DNA from: an uncultured bacterium
GTDB taxonomy: Bacteria; Krumholzibacteriota; Krumholzibacteriia; Krumholzibacteriales; Krumholzibacteriaceae
NCBI GenBank assembly: GCA_965371515.1
Contig: CBDUYR010000016.1
Location: forward strand, 1 to 55,029
Length of the DNA stretch: 55,029 nucleotides
Direction: 5' to 3'
The number at the start of each line of letters is the position of its first letter. The first letter of the stretch is position 1. The notes under the pieces were generated by a model, which was not told where the DNA came from, made no database searches, and saw only the letters and a program-made list of their open reading frames with translations. The translations under genes and the position numbers were made by a program. Shown one piece after another: positions 31,018-40,570 of this stretch.

Positions 31018-32313
31018 TTGGGACTAAGGGAAAAACTAGTCGAAAAAAAGGCAATTCAGTCGGTCATCGGGCTCGGATATGTCGGGCTGCCCCTTGCGGT
31101 GGAATTTGCCAGGTCGGGCCTGAAGACTGTGGGAATCGATATAGACAGCCGGAAGGTGGAAGAGGTCAACGCCGGCAGGAGCTATATCGGCGATGTCGAC
31201 GAGGATGCGCTGTCGGAGGTGGTCGGATCCGGTATCCTTCGCGCTACTGAGGATTTTTCAGTCCTGTCAGATGCAGATACGATTAATATCGCTGTTCCCA
31301 CACCGCTTCGGAAAACGAAAGACCCGGACATCTCCTATATCGTGGCCGCGCTCAAGGAGATCAGGAAATACCTGCACAAGGGCCAGCTGATCATACTCGA
31401 GAGCACGACATATCCGGGCACCACGGAGGAAGTGATGCTTCCCCTGCTCGAGGAGACCGGCCTGAAGGTGGGAAAGGATTTCTACCTGGCATTCTCTCCC
31501 GAGAGAGTCGATCCCGGAAACGAGCAGTACACGACAAAGAACATACCGAAGGTAGTGGGAGGCGTTACACCTGCCTGCACCGAACTGGCGGCGATGCTGT
31601 ACAGCGCCGCGGGGATGAATCCCGTCCCCGTCAGCTCGACGAGAGTCGCGGAGACGGTCAAACTGCTCGAGAATACATTCAGGAGCGTCAACATCGGGCT
31701 CGTGAACGAGATCGCGATGATGTGCAACAGGATGGGCATCAATGTCTGGGAAGTCATAGATGCCGCGGCTACAAAGCCGTTCGGGTTCATGCCGTTCTAT
31801 CCCGGTCCCGGGCTCGGCGGACACTGCATACCTATCGATCCGTTCTATCTCTCGTGGAAGGCGAAGCAGAGCGGGTTCGAGGCGAGATTCATCGAGCTGG
31901 CCGGAATGATCAACGGCGACATGCCGGGGTACGTAGTGGTGAGATTGTCAGAGGCTCTCAACAAGCGAAAGAAATGCCTGAACGGCTCGAAGATCCTCAT
32001 AATGGGGGTCTCATACAAGAAGGACATCGACGATACGAGGGAATCTCCCGCCTACGACATCATACGTCTGCTCAGCAGGATGGGGGCGGAGATCTACTGG
32101 AACGATCCGTTTGTCGAGAAACTCGATGAGGAAGCCGGCTCGGCTGAATTCCTCGAGTATGAAGCGGGCAGACTGGCCGGAATGGACTGCGCGATCGTTG
32201 TGACGGGGCATACCGATGTTGATTATTCCCTGCTGGTGGAGAACTGTCCGATGATCTTCGATGCGAGAAACGTTCTGAGGGATTTCAACTCCGACAGCAT
32301 CGTCACACTCTAG
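31018..32313 (+). CDS. UDP-N-acetyl-hexosamine 6-dehydrogenase (WbpA/TviB-like)
   Basis: GLGYVGLP, ESTTYPG, SPERVDPG, KLLENTFR, GGHCIPIDP. Confidence 0.93.
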   Translation: MGLREKLVEKKAIQSVIGLGYVGLPLAVEFARSGLKTVGIDIDSRKVEEVNAGRSYIGDVDEDALSEVVGSGILRATEDFSVLSDADTINIAVPTPLRKTKDPDISYIVAALKEIRKYLHKGQLIILESTTYPGTTEEVMLPLLEETGLKVGKDFYLAFSPERVDPGNEQYTTKNIPKVVGGVTPACTELAAMLYSAAGMNPVPVSSTRVAETVKLLENTFRSVNIGLVNEIAMMCNRMGINVWEVIDAAATKPFGFMPFYPGPGLGGHCIPIDPFYLSWKAKQSGFEARFIELAGMINGDMPGYVVVRLSEALNKRKKCLNGSKILIMGVSYKKDIDDTRESPAYDIIRLLSRMGAEIYWNDPFVEKLDEEAGSAEFLEYEAGRLAGMDCAIVVTGHTDVDYSLLVENCPMIFDARNVLRDFNSDSIVTL

Positions 32314-32335
32314 GAAACACCGAAACGGAGGATAA

Positions 32336-33277
32336 ATGGCGCGATATCTCGTAACCGGAGGGGCTGGATTCATCGGGTCAAACATCGCGGAGGAGCTCGT
32401 AAGCCTGGGCGAGGAGGTAGTCGTCTTCGACAACCTGTCTACGGGCCACGAGGGAAACATCGAGCATATCAGGCAGGACATCACATTTGTGAAGGGCGAC
32501 ATCAGGAACGCGTCGGAGGTGAGAAAGGCGCTCAACGGCGTCGATTACGTTCTTCATCAGGCGGCATTGGCATCGGTCCCGAGGAGCATCGACGACCCGT
32601 TGCTCGTCAACGAGGTCAACGTCGGGGGCACACTCACCGTTCTGGACGAGTCGAGGCACGCGAGCGTAAAGTGTGTCGTCTATGCGGCATCCTCTTCTGC
32701 CTACGGAGACAGCGAAGTACTGCCCAAGAGAGAGGACATGCTGCCAGCCCCGCTTTCCCCGTACGCCGTGAGCAAGCTCGTCGGTGAGCACTACTGCTCG
32801 GTATATTCAGAGGTATACGGGTTGCCGACGATAAGCATACGCTATTTCAACGTGTTCGGCCCGAGACAGGACCCCGCGTCCCAGTATGCTGCTGTGATTC
32901 CGATCTTCATCTCCCATCTTCTCGATGGGAAGGCCCCCACGATTTACGGAGACGGAGAACAGAGCAGGGATTTCACATATGTAGGCAATATCGTCAAGGC
33001 CAATATAATGGCCGCGAAGAGTGACAAGGCCGCTGGCCAGTTCGTCAATATTGCCTGTGGTGGAAGATTTACGCTGAACGAGCTGTACAGAATGCTCTGC
33101 GAGCTGATCGGCGTATCGATCGATCCGGTATACTCGGATCCGAGGCAGGGCGATGTCAAACATTCACATGCGGATATCTCGATGGCGGAGGAGCTGCTCG
33201 GCTATTCTGTCGAGACAGATTTCGAGGAGGGACTGAAGAGGACGGTCGAATGGTACAAGCAGTCCGGAACGCTCTGA
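32336..33277 (+). CDS. NAD-dependent nucleotide-sugar 4-epimerase (WbpP/TviC-like SDR)
   Basis: TGGAGFIGS, HQAALASVPRS, YAVSK, RYFNVFGPRQ. Confidence 0.93.
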   Translation: MARYLVTGGAGFIGSNIAEELVSLGEEVVVFDNLSTGHEGNIEHIRQDITFVKGDIRNASEVRKALNGVDYVLHQAALASVPRSIDDPLLVNEVNVGGTLTVLDESRHASVKCVVYAASSSAYGDSEVLPKREDMLPAPLSPYAVSKLVGEHYCSVYSEVYGLPTISIRYFNVFGPRQDPASQYAAVIPIFISHLLDGKAPTIYGDGEQSRDFTYVGNIVKANIMAAKSDKAAGQFVNIACGGRFTLNELYRMLCELIGVSIDPVYSDPRQGDVKHSHADISMAEELLGYSVETDFEEGLKRTVEWYKQSGTL

Positions 33278-33335
33278 CGGTTCCCCCCTTTTCCCTTTAC
33301 ACGCGGAAAGGACTGCGGATACCTTAGAGGACGTT

Positions 33336-34292
33336 ATGAGAGGCAGGATGAAAGGATTTATGAAAACAGGATCGATGCTGGTCGCGCTCTGCCTGGCGGC
33401 GGCGGCGCTCTCGCTGCCTTCCGGACTGGAGGCGCAGGAGGTCAGGCTCAGGTCGGGTGACAGGATAGAGCTGACCGTTCCCCAGCGTTCCGAACTCGAC
33501 AGAAGGCTGGTCATAGACGAGGAGGGGCGAGTCTCCATTCCGATTATCGGTGAGGTCCTGATCGGCGGCATGTCTCTTGACGAGGCGGAAGATGTCCTGT
33601 TGAGATCTCTCAGGGAGATCTATCCGAGCGTCCGGGCGATAACGGTCGATCTCATCGGCGAGGAATCGAGGAGGATCATCTACGTTCACGGTGAGGTCGA
33701 GACCCCGGGAAAATACGGATTCGAACAGAACCCGACCGTCTGGGAGGCGATAAGGGAGGCTGGAGGAGCTACATCGACCGCGGAGCTCGAGACGGTCAGG
33801 ATCATCCGCGCAGGAGGAGAGGGACAGAGGACTTTTCTTGTAGACCTCCAGGCGGCGATCGAGTCTGGCAACCTCGACGATCTGCCCATTCTGGAGCCGG
33901 GTGACGCGGTCATCGTCTCCGAAAGCACCGCAATACTTGCCGGCACAGGTTCGGTCAGGGTCATAGGCGCCGTCACTGCGCCAGGACCGTACATGCTCTC
34001 GGGTGAAAGGACCCTGTTAGACGCCATCCTCGCCGCCGGAGGGGCGACCGACAACGCAAACCTGAAGAAGGTCCATGTAATAAGGACGATGCCCGACGGC
34101 GCGCAGCTCACTATGACATTCGATTTCAAGCGATATCTCGAGACGGGGGACATAAGGCACAATCCGCTGATACTGCCCGACGACACGGTCCATGTCCTTA
34201 GCAAATCCTCGAACCTGTCGGTATTAAAGGATCCGCGTTTCTGGCTCGCCGCGGTCACGGCTTACGCACTTGTATACGGGATGCTGCAATAG
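33336..34292 (+). CDS. Polysaccharide export protein (Wza/OPX-like; Poly_export + SLBB)
   Basis: Signal peptide, G.VSIPIIGEV..GG, two SLBB repeats (GEVETPG / GAVTAPG; LEPGD / LPDD). Confidence 0.88.
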   Translation: MRGRMKGFMKTGSMLVALCLAAAALSLPSGLEAQEVRLRSGDRIELTVPQRSELDRRLVIDEEGRVSIPIIGEVLIGGMSLDEAEDVLLRSLREIYPSVRAITVDLIGEESRRIIYVHGEVETPGKYGFEQNPTVWEAIREAGGATSTAELETVRIIRAGGEGQRTFLVDLQAAIESGNLDDLPILEPGDAVIVSESTAILAGTGSVRVIGAVTAPGPYMLSGERTLLDAILAAGGATDNANLKKVHVIRTMPDGAQLTMTFDFKRYLETGDIRHNPLILPDDTVHVLSKSSNLSVLKDPRFWLAAVTAYALVYGMLQ

Positions 34293-34301
34293 GTGAACAA
34301 A

Positions 34302-35966
34302 GTGGAGAATGTCCGAAAATTCGTACCCGACAGCGAAGATCAGAAGATAGACCTGAATGCATACTGGAAGATCTTCTGGAGGAAGAAGTTCTACCTGATC
34401 GTGCCGCTGGTGCTGTCGCTTGTCATCGCCGTTCTCGGAGTGAGGCAGCTCACACCAGTTTATGAATCTTCCACGCTGGTCTCCGCCGACGAGCAGAACA
34501 TCCTTGCCGGGACGATGAGCAGGTATGTGACCCCGGTCGAAAACCGGAGGCAGGATCAGAGCAGAAGGTTCCTGGCGATGATCGAGACGAAGGTCATGAG
34601 CCGCGAGTTTCTCGAGACAGTCATCATGGACCTCGGACTGCACAGGTCGTACAAGCTGAGGGCGTCGTCTTCGAAAAACGGGGACCTCGCGGGGCTCTCC
34701 GAGCAGGAGCTGACGTTAAGGAAGCTCGTGGGGATGCTTCGCAACAAGATAAACGTCAGAACGACCCTGCCCGGATTCTACAGCATCAGCGTTCTCGATT
34801 CGGACCCGGGGACTGCCCACGTCCTGGCCTCCAAGATAAGCGACAAGTATATCGAGGCTACCAAGCAGGCCAAGCTCCAGGGACTGAGGCAGGCCGGGGC
34901 ATTCAGCGACGAGCAGCTCGCCATCTACAAGGAGAAGCTCGAGGATGCGGAGAAAGAGCTCGACTTCGTGAGGCGTGAGCTTGCCACGACGAGTGTTGGG
35001 TCCAACCCGATCAACACCACAAACGTTCATGTCGCCGAGGCGAGGGTCAAAAAACTCGGCGCACGGGTCGGCAGGAACGAGATGGATTTGAATCGAGTCA
35101 GGGAGAAGCTGTCATCGGTATTAGAGATGATCCCGTCGACAGACCGTGTTTCGGCCGACGAGGCGCTGACGAATATCGAACGGCTGATCCTGGCGGATAC
35201 AGAGGAGAGAATACTTCAGGAACTGTCTGGCAACGTGAATGCCGTTACCGACCTGACCGAGTACGAAGCATTCTGGGAGGAACTACGGGCACGTGTCTCG
35301 GAGATCGTACACGACGAATACAGCGAGTTCTCAAACGATGTAAAACCCCTGATCACCGAGTATTTCTTCCAGCGCAAGCAGACGAGTTTTTTCCGGTCGA
35401 TCGAGAGAAGGCTCGCAGGATTCGTCGAACAGTACAAAGGGAATATAAGCAGGCGGCCTCAACTGGAACGCGAGGAGAGCAAGCTCGCTCACGAGGTCGA
35501 GACGAATCAGGCGATCTACGACGCGTTCCTCGAGTCAAAGACTACAGTACAGATCAGCGAGGCGATACAGAGCACCAATCTCGGCGTACGCATAAGCGTG
35601 ATAGAGAAGGCGGAAAGGCCGATCACACCGGTCAAGCCCGACAAGCTGAAGATCGTCGTCATAGCGGCGATGTTCGGTATGATCTGCGGGCTCGGATCAA
35701 TACTCGTGACGGAATATATGGACGACTCGTTCAGATCGGTCGACGAGGTCGAGAGGATAATGAAGTTACCGGTCCTTGGTACAATACCGAAGACTGTCTC
35801 CCACTTCACGTGGGAGAAGAAGAAGCGGGGGAGGCTGCTCCTGATCTGGACGGTCGGCCTGCTGCTCTTCATCACGATGGTTTCAGGGGCGATGTTCATC
35901 TACGCGAAGGCGCTGCAGGAATCGAGCATCGGTGTGGAACTCAACGATGACCTGTTGGGAAGGTAG
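34302..35966 (+). CDS. Polysaccharide co-polymerase (Wzz/Wzc/GumC membrane part)
   Basis: TM, PVYESST, coiled coil, PITPVKP, TM, LPVLGTIP. GTG 34302 has an AGGTGA RBS; GTG 34293 is the alternative. Confidence 0.88.
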   Translation: MENVRKFVPDSEDQKIDLNAYWKIFWRKKFYLIVPLVLSLVIAVLGVRQLTPVYESSTLVSADEQNILAGTMSRYVTPVENRRQDQSRRFLAMIETKVMSREFLETVIMDLGLHRSYKLRASSSKNGDLAGLSEQELTLRKLVGMLRNKINVRTTLPGFYSISVLDSDPGTAHVLASKISDKYIEATKQAKLQGLRQAGAFSDEQLAIYKEKLEDAEKELDFVRRELATTSVGSNPINTTNVHVAEARVKKLGARVGRNEMDLNRVREKLSSVLEMIPSTDRVSADEALTNIERLILADTEERILQELSGNVNAVTDLTEYEAFWEELRARVSEIVHDEYSEFSNDVKPLITEYFFQRKQTSFFRSIERRLAGFVEQYKGNISRRPQLEREESKLAHEVETNQAIYDAFLESKTTVQISEAIQSTNLGVRISVIEKAERPITPVKPDKLKIVVIAAMFGMICGLGSILVTEYMDDSFRSVDEVERIMKLPVLGTIPKTVSHFTWEKKKRGRLLLIWTVGLLLFITMVSGAMFIYAKALQESSIGVELNDDLLGR

Positions 35967-35969
35967 GAT

Positions 35970-36671
35970 TTGGAAAAGGATCAGAGAGAGACCATCTACG
36001 AGATCTTCGACCAGGAGAGCCCCATCGCTACCGAGATGAGGCGTCTCTATTCGAACATAAGGCATATCGACGGACGCAGCCCCAAGAGGAGCTTCCTCGT
36101 CACGAGCGCCGACAGGGGGGAGGGCAAGAGCACCGTGGCCTCGCATCTGGCGCTTACCGTAGCGCGGTTCAGGGGCAAGAAATCCCTTGTGGTCGACGCC
36201 GACCTGAGGAAACCGAAGCTCCACCAGATCTTCGATGTACCGAGGGAGCCGGGACTGTTCGAATGCCTCAACGGAGAGATCGATCCCCTCGATGCGGTAA
36301 AGGACACTCCCATCGAGAATCTAAAGGTCATCCCTGCAGGAAGGCGGGTAAAATCGCCGGCGCATCTTTTCGAGGGAGATATCATGACCGAGATCTTCGA
36401 GAAGATAAAGTTCTACTACGACATAGTGATAGTGGACAGCGCTCCGATAGTCCCGGTGAGCGATCCGATGCTGATCTCGAGCGTGCTGGATGGGGTCATC
36501 ATGGTCCTGCTGGCCGGCAGGACGCCAAGGAATGTGGCACTGAGGGCGAAAAACATCCTCCTCGACGCTAACGCGAATCTCCTCGGCGTCGTGGTGAACA
36601 ACATGTCCGAGGTGCTGCCCTATTACTATGACTACAAGTATTATGGATATATGGAGGGTGACGAGCAGTAG
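35970..36671 (+). CDS. CpsD/CapB family BY-kinase (tyrosine kinase)
   Basis: GEGKS Walker A, VDADLRKP, IVDSAP, Tyr-rich tail YYYDYKYYGY. Confidence 0.93.
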   Translation: MEKDQRETIYEIFDQESPIATEMRRLYSNIRHIDGRSPKRSFLVTSADRGEGKSTVASHLALTVARFRGKKSLVVDADLRKPKLHQIFDVPREPGLFECLNGEIDPLDAVKDTPIENLKVIPAGRRVKSPAHLFEGDIMTEIFEKIKFYYDIVIVDSAPIVPVSDPMLISSVLDGVIMVLLAGRTPRNVALRAKNILLDANANLLGVVVNNMSEVLPYYYDYKYYGYMEGDEQ

Positions 36672-36711
36672 AGGGCCGGATCCATACGTCCCTGAATAAG
36701 CAGAGGTTTCA

Positions 36712-37824
36712 ATGAAGAGATCACAGATTATATTCATTACGTTGGCTATGGCCTTAAACGTGTTCTGCGGGCATGCACATGCCCAGACTTCACCAGGAGC
36801 GCGGGATTCACTCTGCATATATTTCTCCGGCGATTCCCGCGATCTTCTGATCGAATTGCGAAGAGGAGTAATCCTGAGCGGCACTGTACCCGTGACTCTC
36901 TGTGATCTGCAGCCCGGACTTACTTACGATATGACAGTCAGGGGACGCGGGTTCGAGGTCAGACGAGGGTATCTGTCGCTGGACGGGAACGGCGTTCCAT
37001 CCGTCAGGGGCAACCGTCTCGGAACGTTTGCGAGGAACATCCTGCCCGGTTGGGGCTCAATACACGTCGAAAGGAAGGACGCCGGATGGAGCGACCTGAT
37101 CTCCATCACGCTGACGGGAATGGTAACGTTAAGGGAACAGAAGGAATATAGTCACATCGAGAACAGGTACAACATTCTGATGGCGCAGCTGGAGGCCTCG
37201 GACAACTTCGAGGAGAGGCAGAAGATCAGGATCGATGCTAATAAGGCCTCGCGGGATCTCAACGTACAGAATGCACACAGGAAACGCTGCCTCGGATACA
37301 TGGCGTACATGTACGCCTTCCAGCTGATCGATCCATGGATCGTCGGGAATCCTCCGAAAGCCCGGGTGACTGCCGGCGGCTCGGTCGTGGAGATTAGCGG
37401 GTCTGGAGAGAGCACGGCGAAGGCCGCCCTTCTGTCACTGTTCCGGCCCGGCCGGGGCCAGTTCTACCAGGGCAAGAGATCGAGGGGTGTATTCTTTTCT
37501 CTCGCCACTGCTGCGGGAGTCCTCGTCGCGCTGGATTACCTGAACACGTACGAAGAGGCGGTAAACCTATACGAGTTGAACGTGGAATATTTCGAGACGG
37601 CCGAAACCGTGGAGGATAAGGAGTATTTCAGCAGTCGTTCCGGGGCTTACTGGGCCGATGTGGACAAGACGCGCAGGTGGAGGAATATCTCCTATGGAAT
37701 CCTCGCGGGGATATGGGCCGCAGGGGTGATCGATACATTCATACCGGGGCGCGAGGACGCTCCGCCGTCCGACCTGTCATTCAACGTCGGGCCGACGCAC
37801 GCCTCTTTTGTTTACAGATTCTGA
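36712..37824 (+). CDS. Secreted/outer-membrane hypothetical protein (DUF5683-like repeats)
   Basis: Signal peptide, two repeats starting PGWG / PGRGQFY, C-terminal YRF. Confidence 0.65.
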   Translation: MKRSQIIFITLAMALNVFCGHAHAQTSPGARDSLCIYFSGDSRDLLIELRRGVILSGTVPVTLCDLQPGLTYDMTVRGRGFEVRRGYLSLDGNGVPSVRGNRLGTFARNILPGWGSIHVERKDAGWSDLISITLTGMVTLREQKEYSHIENRYNILMAQLEASDNFEERQKIRIDANKASRDLNVQNAHRKRCLGYMAYMYAFQLIDPWIVGNPPKARVTAGGSVVEISGSGESTAKAALLSLFRPGRGQFYQGKRSRGVFFSLATAAGVLVALDYLNTYEEAVNLYELNVEYFETAETVEDKEYFSSRSGAYWADVDKTRRWRNISYGILAGIWAAGVIDTFIPGREDAPPSDLSFNVGPTHASFVYRF

Positions 37825-37842
37825 TAAGCGGAGGAAAACCTG

Positions 37843-39387
37843 ATGACGAAAATAATGCTATATATGCTGATCATAGTGGCGGTAATGATGCCGTCCTGCC
37901 TCGAGGATATCGAGGAAGTACCTCTGGTCATCGAGGATGAGAACCTGCAGGCACCCTCCAACATCAGGACCATCACGGGCGACGGGCAGATAACGCTTTC
38001 ATGGACATCCGTCGAGGCTGCGGTCGCGTACAGGCTGTACAGATCTGCCACCCTGGGCGAGGTGTGGGTAAGGATCGTCGAAACGGTTGATACTTTTTAT
38101 GTCGACGAGGCGGTCTCAAACGGGATTCAGTACCTCTATTCGGTCTCTTCCATCGGTTCATCAGGCGTGGAGAGCGTGAGGTCGGAACCTGTTCCCGCTA
38201 CACCCTCGGTATATTCCCTGCTGATCAACGGCGGCCTGGAATATACGGGGACGAGGATCGTAGAACTTGCCCTTACAGCTCCAGCGTCTACGAACTTGAT
38301 GCGGATCTCGGATATCCCCGATTTCGGCTCGGCCGTCTGGGAAGGCTACTCTTCTTCGAGCGCATGGGTGCTTCCAGAGGGTGACGGTGTGAAGACGGTA
38401 TACGCTTCGTTCCAGGACCAGTCGGGAGCGCTTTCGCCGCCGGTCAGCGCATCGATAGAGCTCGATACGTACTGCGGAATAGAGGATATTACGATCACTC
38501 CCGAACCGCACATCTACAGTCCCGGATCGACCGTCCATCTCGCAATCGGGGTGGATGGAGACGAGACCGGAGGATCGGCAGCAGTCGATATAGAGAGCCT
38601 GTCCGCGGGGCCGATCGATCTTTTCGACGACGGAAGGGGGGGAGACCCTGTCGCTGGAGACGGCAGGTACGAGGCGGACTACACCTTCCCGTCCTTTTTC
38701 CGGGGAATGGACCTCGTCGTGGCAGGAAGCTTCACAGACCGTGTCGGAAACCAGGCCGTTCCTCTCGAGTTGGCCGACAGGCTATCCTTCACCGACCCTC
38801 CCGATGCGGTGTTGCTTATCGGATCTATAGACTCGACGATCAGTATGATCACGATCAGGTGGGAAGAATCGACCGAGGAGAACTTCGCGGCCTACAGGAT
38901 CTACCGCGATACGCAGACAGGGGTGACCGATGATCCGGCCCTATTCGTCCAGGGCCTCGATTTCCGAAGCCAGACTACCTATCCCAATTCCGGTCTCGAC
39001 CAGGGCGTGACGTACTACTACAGGATATACGTCGTGAACGACCTCGATGAGACGGCGGGGAGCAACGAGATAGCTGCATCTACCTACGATGCAATACCGA
39101 TACCTGTCGTGCTGAGCGACCCTTCAGCCGTCGGCTCAGACAGGCTCACACTCGAATGGACGATTAACCCTGACTCCGATTTCGCGGAGTACAGGATATA
39201 CAGGGCCACATCGCCCGGGGTCACCGAATCCTCTCAACTCGTGAATACCATAACCGACAGGGAAATCACGTGGTTCGACGATACGGGGCTTGACACCGGC
39301 GCGAATTCATACTACTATAGAGTACTGGTCTACGATCTGGGTGGGAACAACTCGCGCAGCAACGAGGTTACGACAGCAACCCCTTGA
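37843..39387 (+). CDS. Fibronectin type III repeat lipoprotein with choice-of-anchor X-like motif
   Basis: Lipobox MPSC, three FN3-like repeats (W...YRIYR...YYYR..SNE), LFDDGRGGDPVAGDGRY. Confidence 0.8.
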   Translation: MTKIMLYMLIIVAVMMPSCLEDIEEVPLVIEDENLQAPSNIRTITGDGQITLSWTSVEAAVAYRLYRSATLGEVWVRIVETVDTFYVDEAVSNGIQYLYSVSSIGSSGVESVRSEPVPATPSVYSLLINGGLEYTGTRIVELALTAPASTNLMRISDIPDFGSAVWEGYSSSSAWVLPEGDGVKTVYASFQDQSGALSPPVSASIELDTYCGIEDITITPEPHIYSPGSTVHLAIGVDGDETGGSAAVDIESLSAGPIDLFDDGRGGDPVAGDGRYEADYTFPSFFRGMDLVVAGSFTDRVGNQAVPLELADRLSFTDPPDAVLLIGSIDSTISMITIRWEESTEENFAAYRIYRDTQTGVTDDPALFVQGLDFRSQTTYPNSGLDQGVTYYYRIYVVNDLDETAGSNEIAASTYDAIPIPVVLSDPSAVGSDRLTLEWTINPDSDFAEYRIYRATSPGVTESSQLVNTITDREITWFDDTGLDTGANSYYYRVLVYDLGGNNSRSNEVTTATP

Positions 39388-39589
39388 TAAGACCGGGATA
39401 AGCGGCAGTAATTGCGTAAAATTTACCACCTCGCTTGATTAATATGGGTATTATTACCTATATTTTGATACGGGTGGTCTGCCTGACAACAAAAGCACAA
39501 AAGCGTGGCAATCGCCTAGTGCTTGCGCAACAGCGTCTTACGCATGATAGATAAACTGTTTTCCATATAGAGCGGCTCAGGCGATGATA

Positions 39590-39605
39590 GGGTACAGAAT
39601 TTGCA
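39590..39605 (+). promoter_or_regulatory. Putative sigma54 promoter GGGTACAGAATTTGCA
   Basis: GG-N10-GC with TTGCA, about 65 nt upstream of the sugar transferase start. Confidence 0.6.
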
Positions 39606-39668
39606 ACTATTCCGATTAAATGATCTGGGACGAGTATATCCGAAATATAAAGGTGCGGAGGGAACAGG

Positions 39669-40484
39669 TTGGTAGTCTTCAACCGAACAACACTTGACAG
39701 CCTGGACATGTCGATTCCGATGGCAAGGACCGCTCTGGATCCTCTTGTCAGCGAGATCGGATACCTGGCCGGCATAGTCGATAGAGATGAGACAGGGATG
39801 TCCTCTGCGTCCGAGAGGATCAAGAGGATATTCGACGTCATTTTCGCGGGAGCGGCTCTTCTGCTCCTTTCGCCGATCATCATGATGGTCGCTGTATTTA
39901 TCAGGTTGGAGTCCTCCGGTTCGGTCTTCTTCCAGCAGGAGAGGATAGGACTGAACAGGAGAAAGAACGATCGCCGGAGATGCGCCTTGGACGGATACGA
40001 CGGACATGACCGGAGAAGGGACGACGACAGGCGGAAGGAAATACACGCCGGCAAGCCGTTCAACATATACAAGCTCAGGACCATGCGCTTCGACGCGGAA
40101 AAGGGTGGACCGACACTCTCCTGCAAGGGCGATTCAAGGATAACGAAGATCGGTCACCTGCTCCGACGCACGCGGATCGACGAGATCCCGCAGTTCATCA
40201 ATGTCATAAAGGGCGAGATGAGCATCATCGGGCCGAGGCCCGAGAGGTCCTTCTTCATCAGCCAGGTCCGCCAGGATGTACCCGAATTCCCACTGAGACT
40301 GAAGGTAAAGCCCGGGATAACCGGACTCGCACAGGTCGAGGACGGCTATACCGATACGGTGGAGAAGATGACGGGGAAGCTCTACTACGATCTCAAGTAT
40401 ATCTCCCAGCTCTCCGTTCCCCAGGAGATCAGTATTCTGTTCAAGACGGTCTTCGTCGTCATATCGGGAAAAGGCGCCTGTTGA
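39669..40484 (+). CDS. Priming polyprenyl-phosphate sugar transferase (Bac_transf)
   Basis: KRIFDV, YKLRTM, RIDEIPQF, MSIIGPRPE, KPGITGLAQV. Confidence 0.93.
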   Translation: MVVFNRTTLDSLDMSIPMARTALDPLVSEIGYLAGIVDRDETGMSSASERIKRIFDVIFAGAALLLLSPIIMMVAVFIRLESSGSVFFQQERIGLNRRKNDRRRCALDGYDGHDRRRDDDRRKEIHAGKPFNIYKLRTMRFDAEKGGPTLSCKGDSRITKIGHLLRRTRIDEIPQFINVIKGEMSIIGPRPERSFFISQVRQDVPEFPLRLKVKPGITGLAQVEDGYTDTVEKMTGKLYYDLKYISQLSVPQEISILFKTVFVVISGKGAC

Positions 40485-40524
40485 GGGGCTGCTCACCGGT
40501 GATTCGCACGTCCGTCGCAATTCC

Positions 40525-40553
40525 TTGACTACAATCGGATCCACCTTTAAAAT
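40525..40553 (+). promoter_or_regulatory. Sigma70 promoter TTGACT-N17-TAAAAT for the two-component operon
   Basis: Near-consensus match just upstream of the kinase start. Confidence 0.65.
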
Positions 40554-40570
40554 CCATCAGCGGTGATCAT

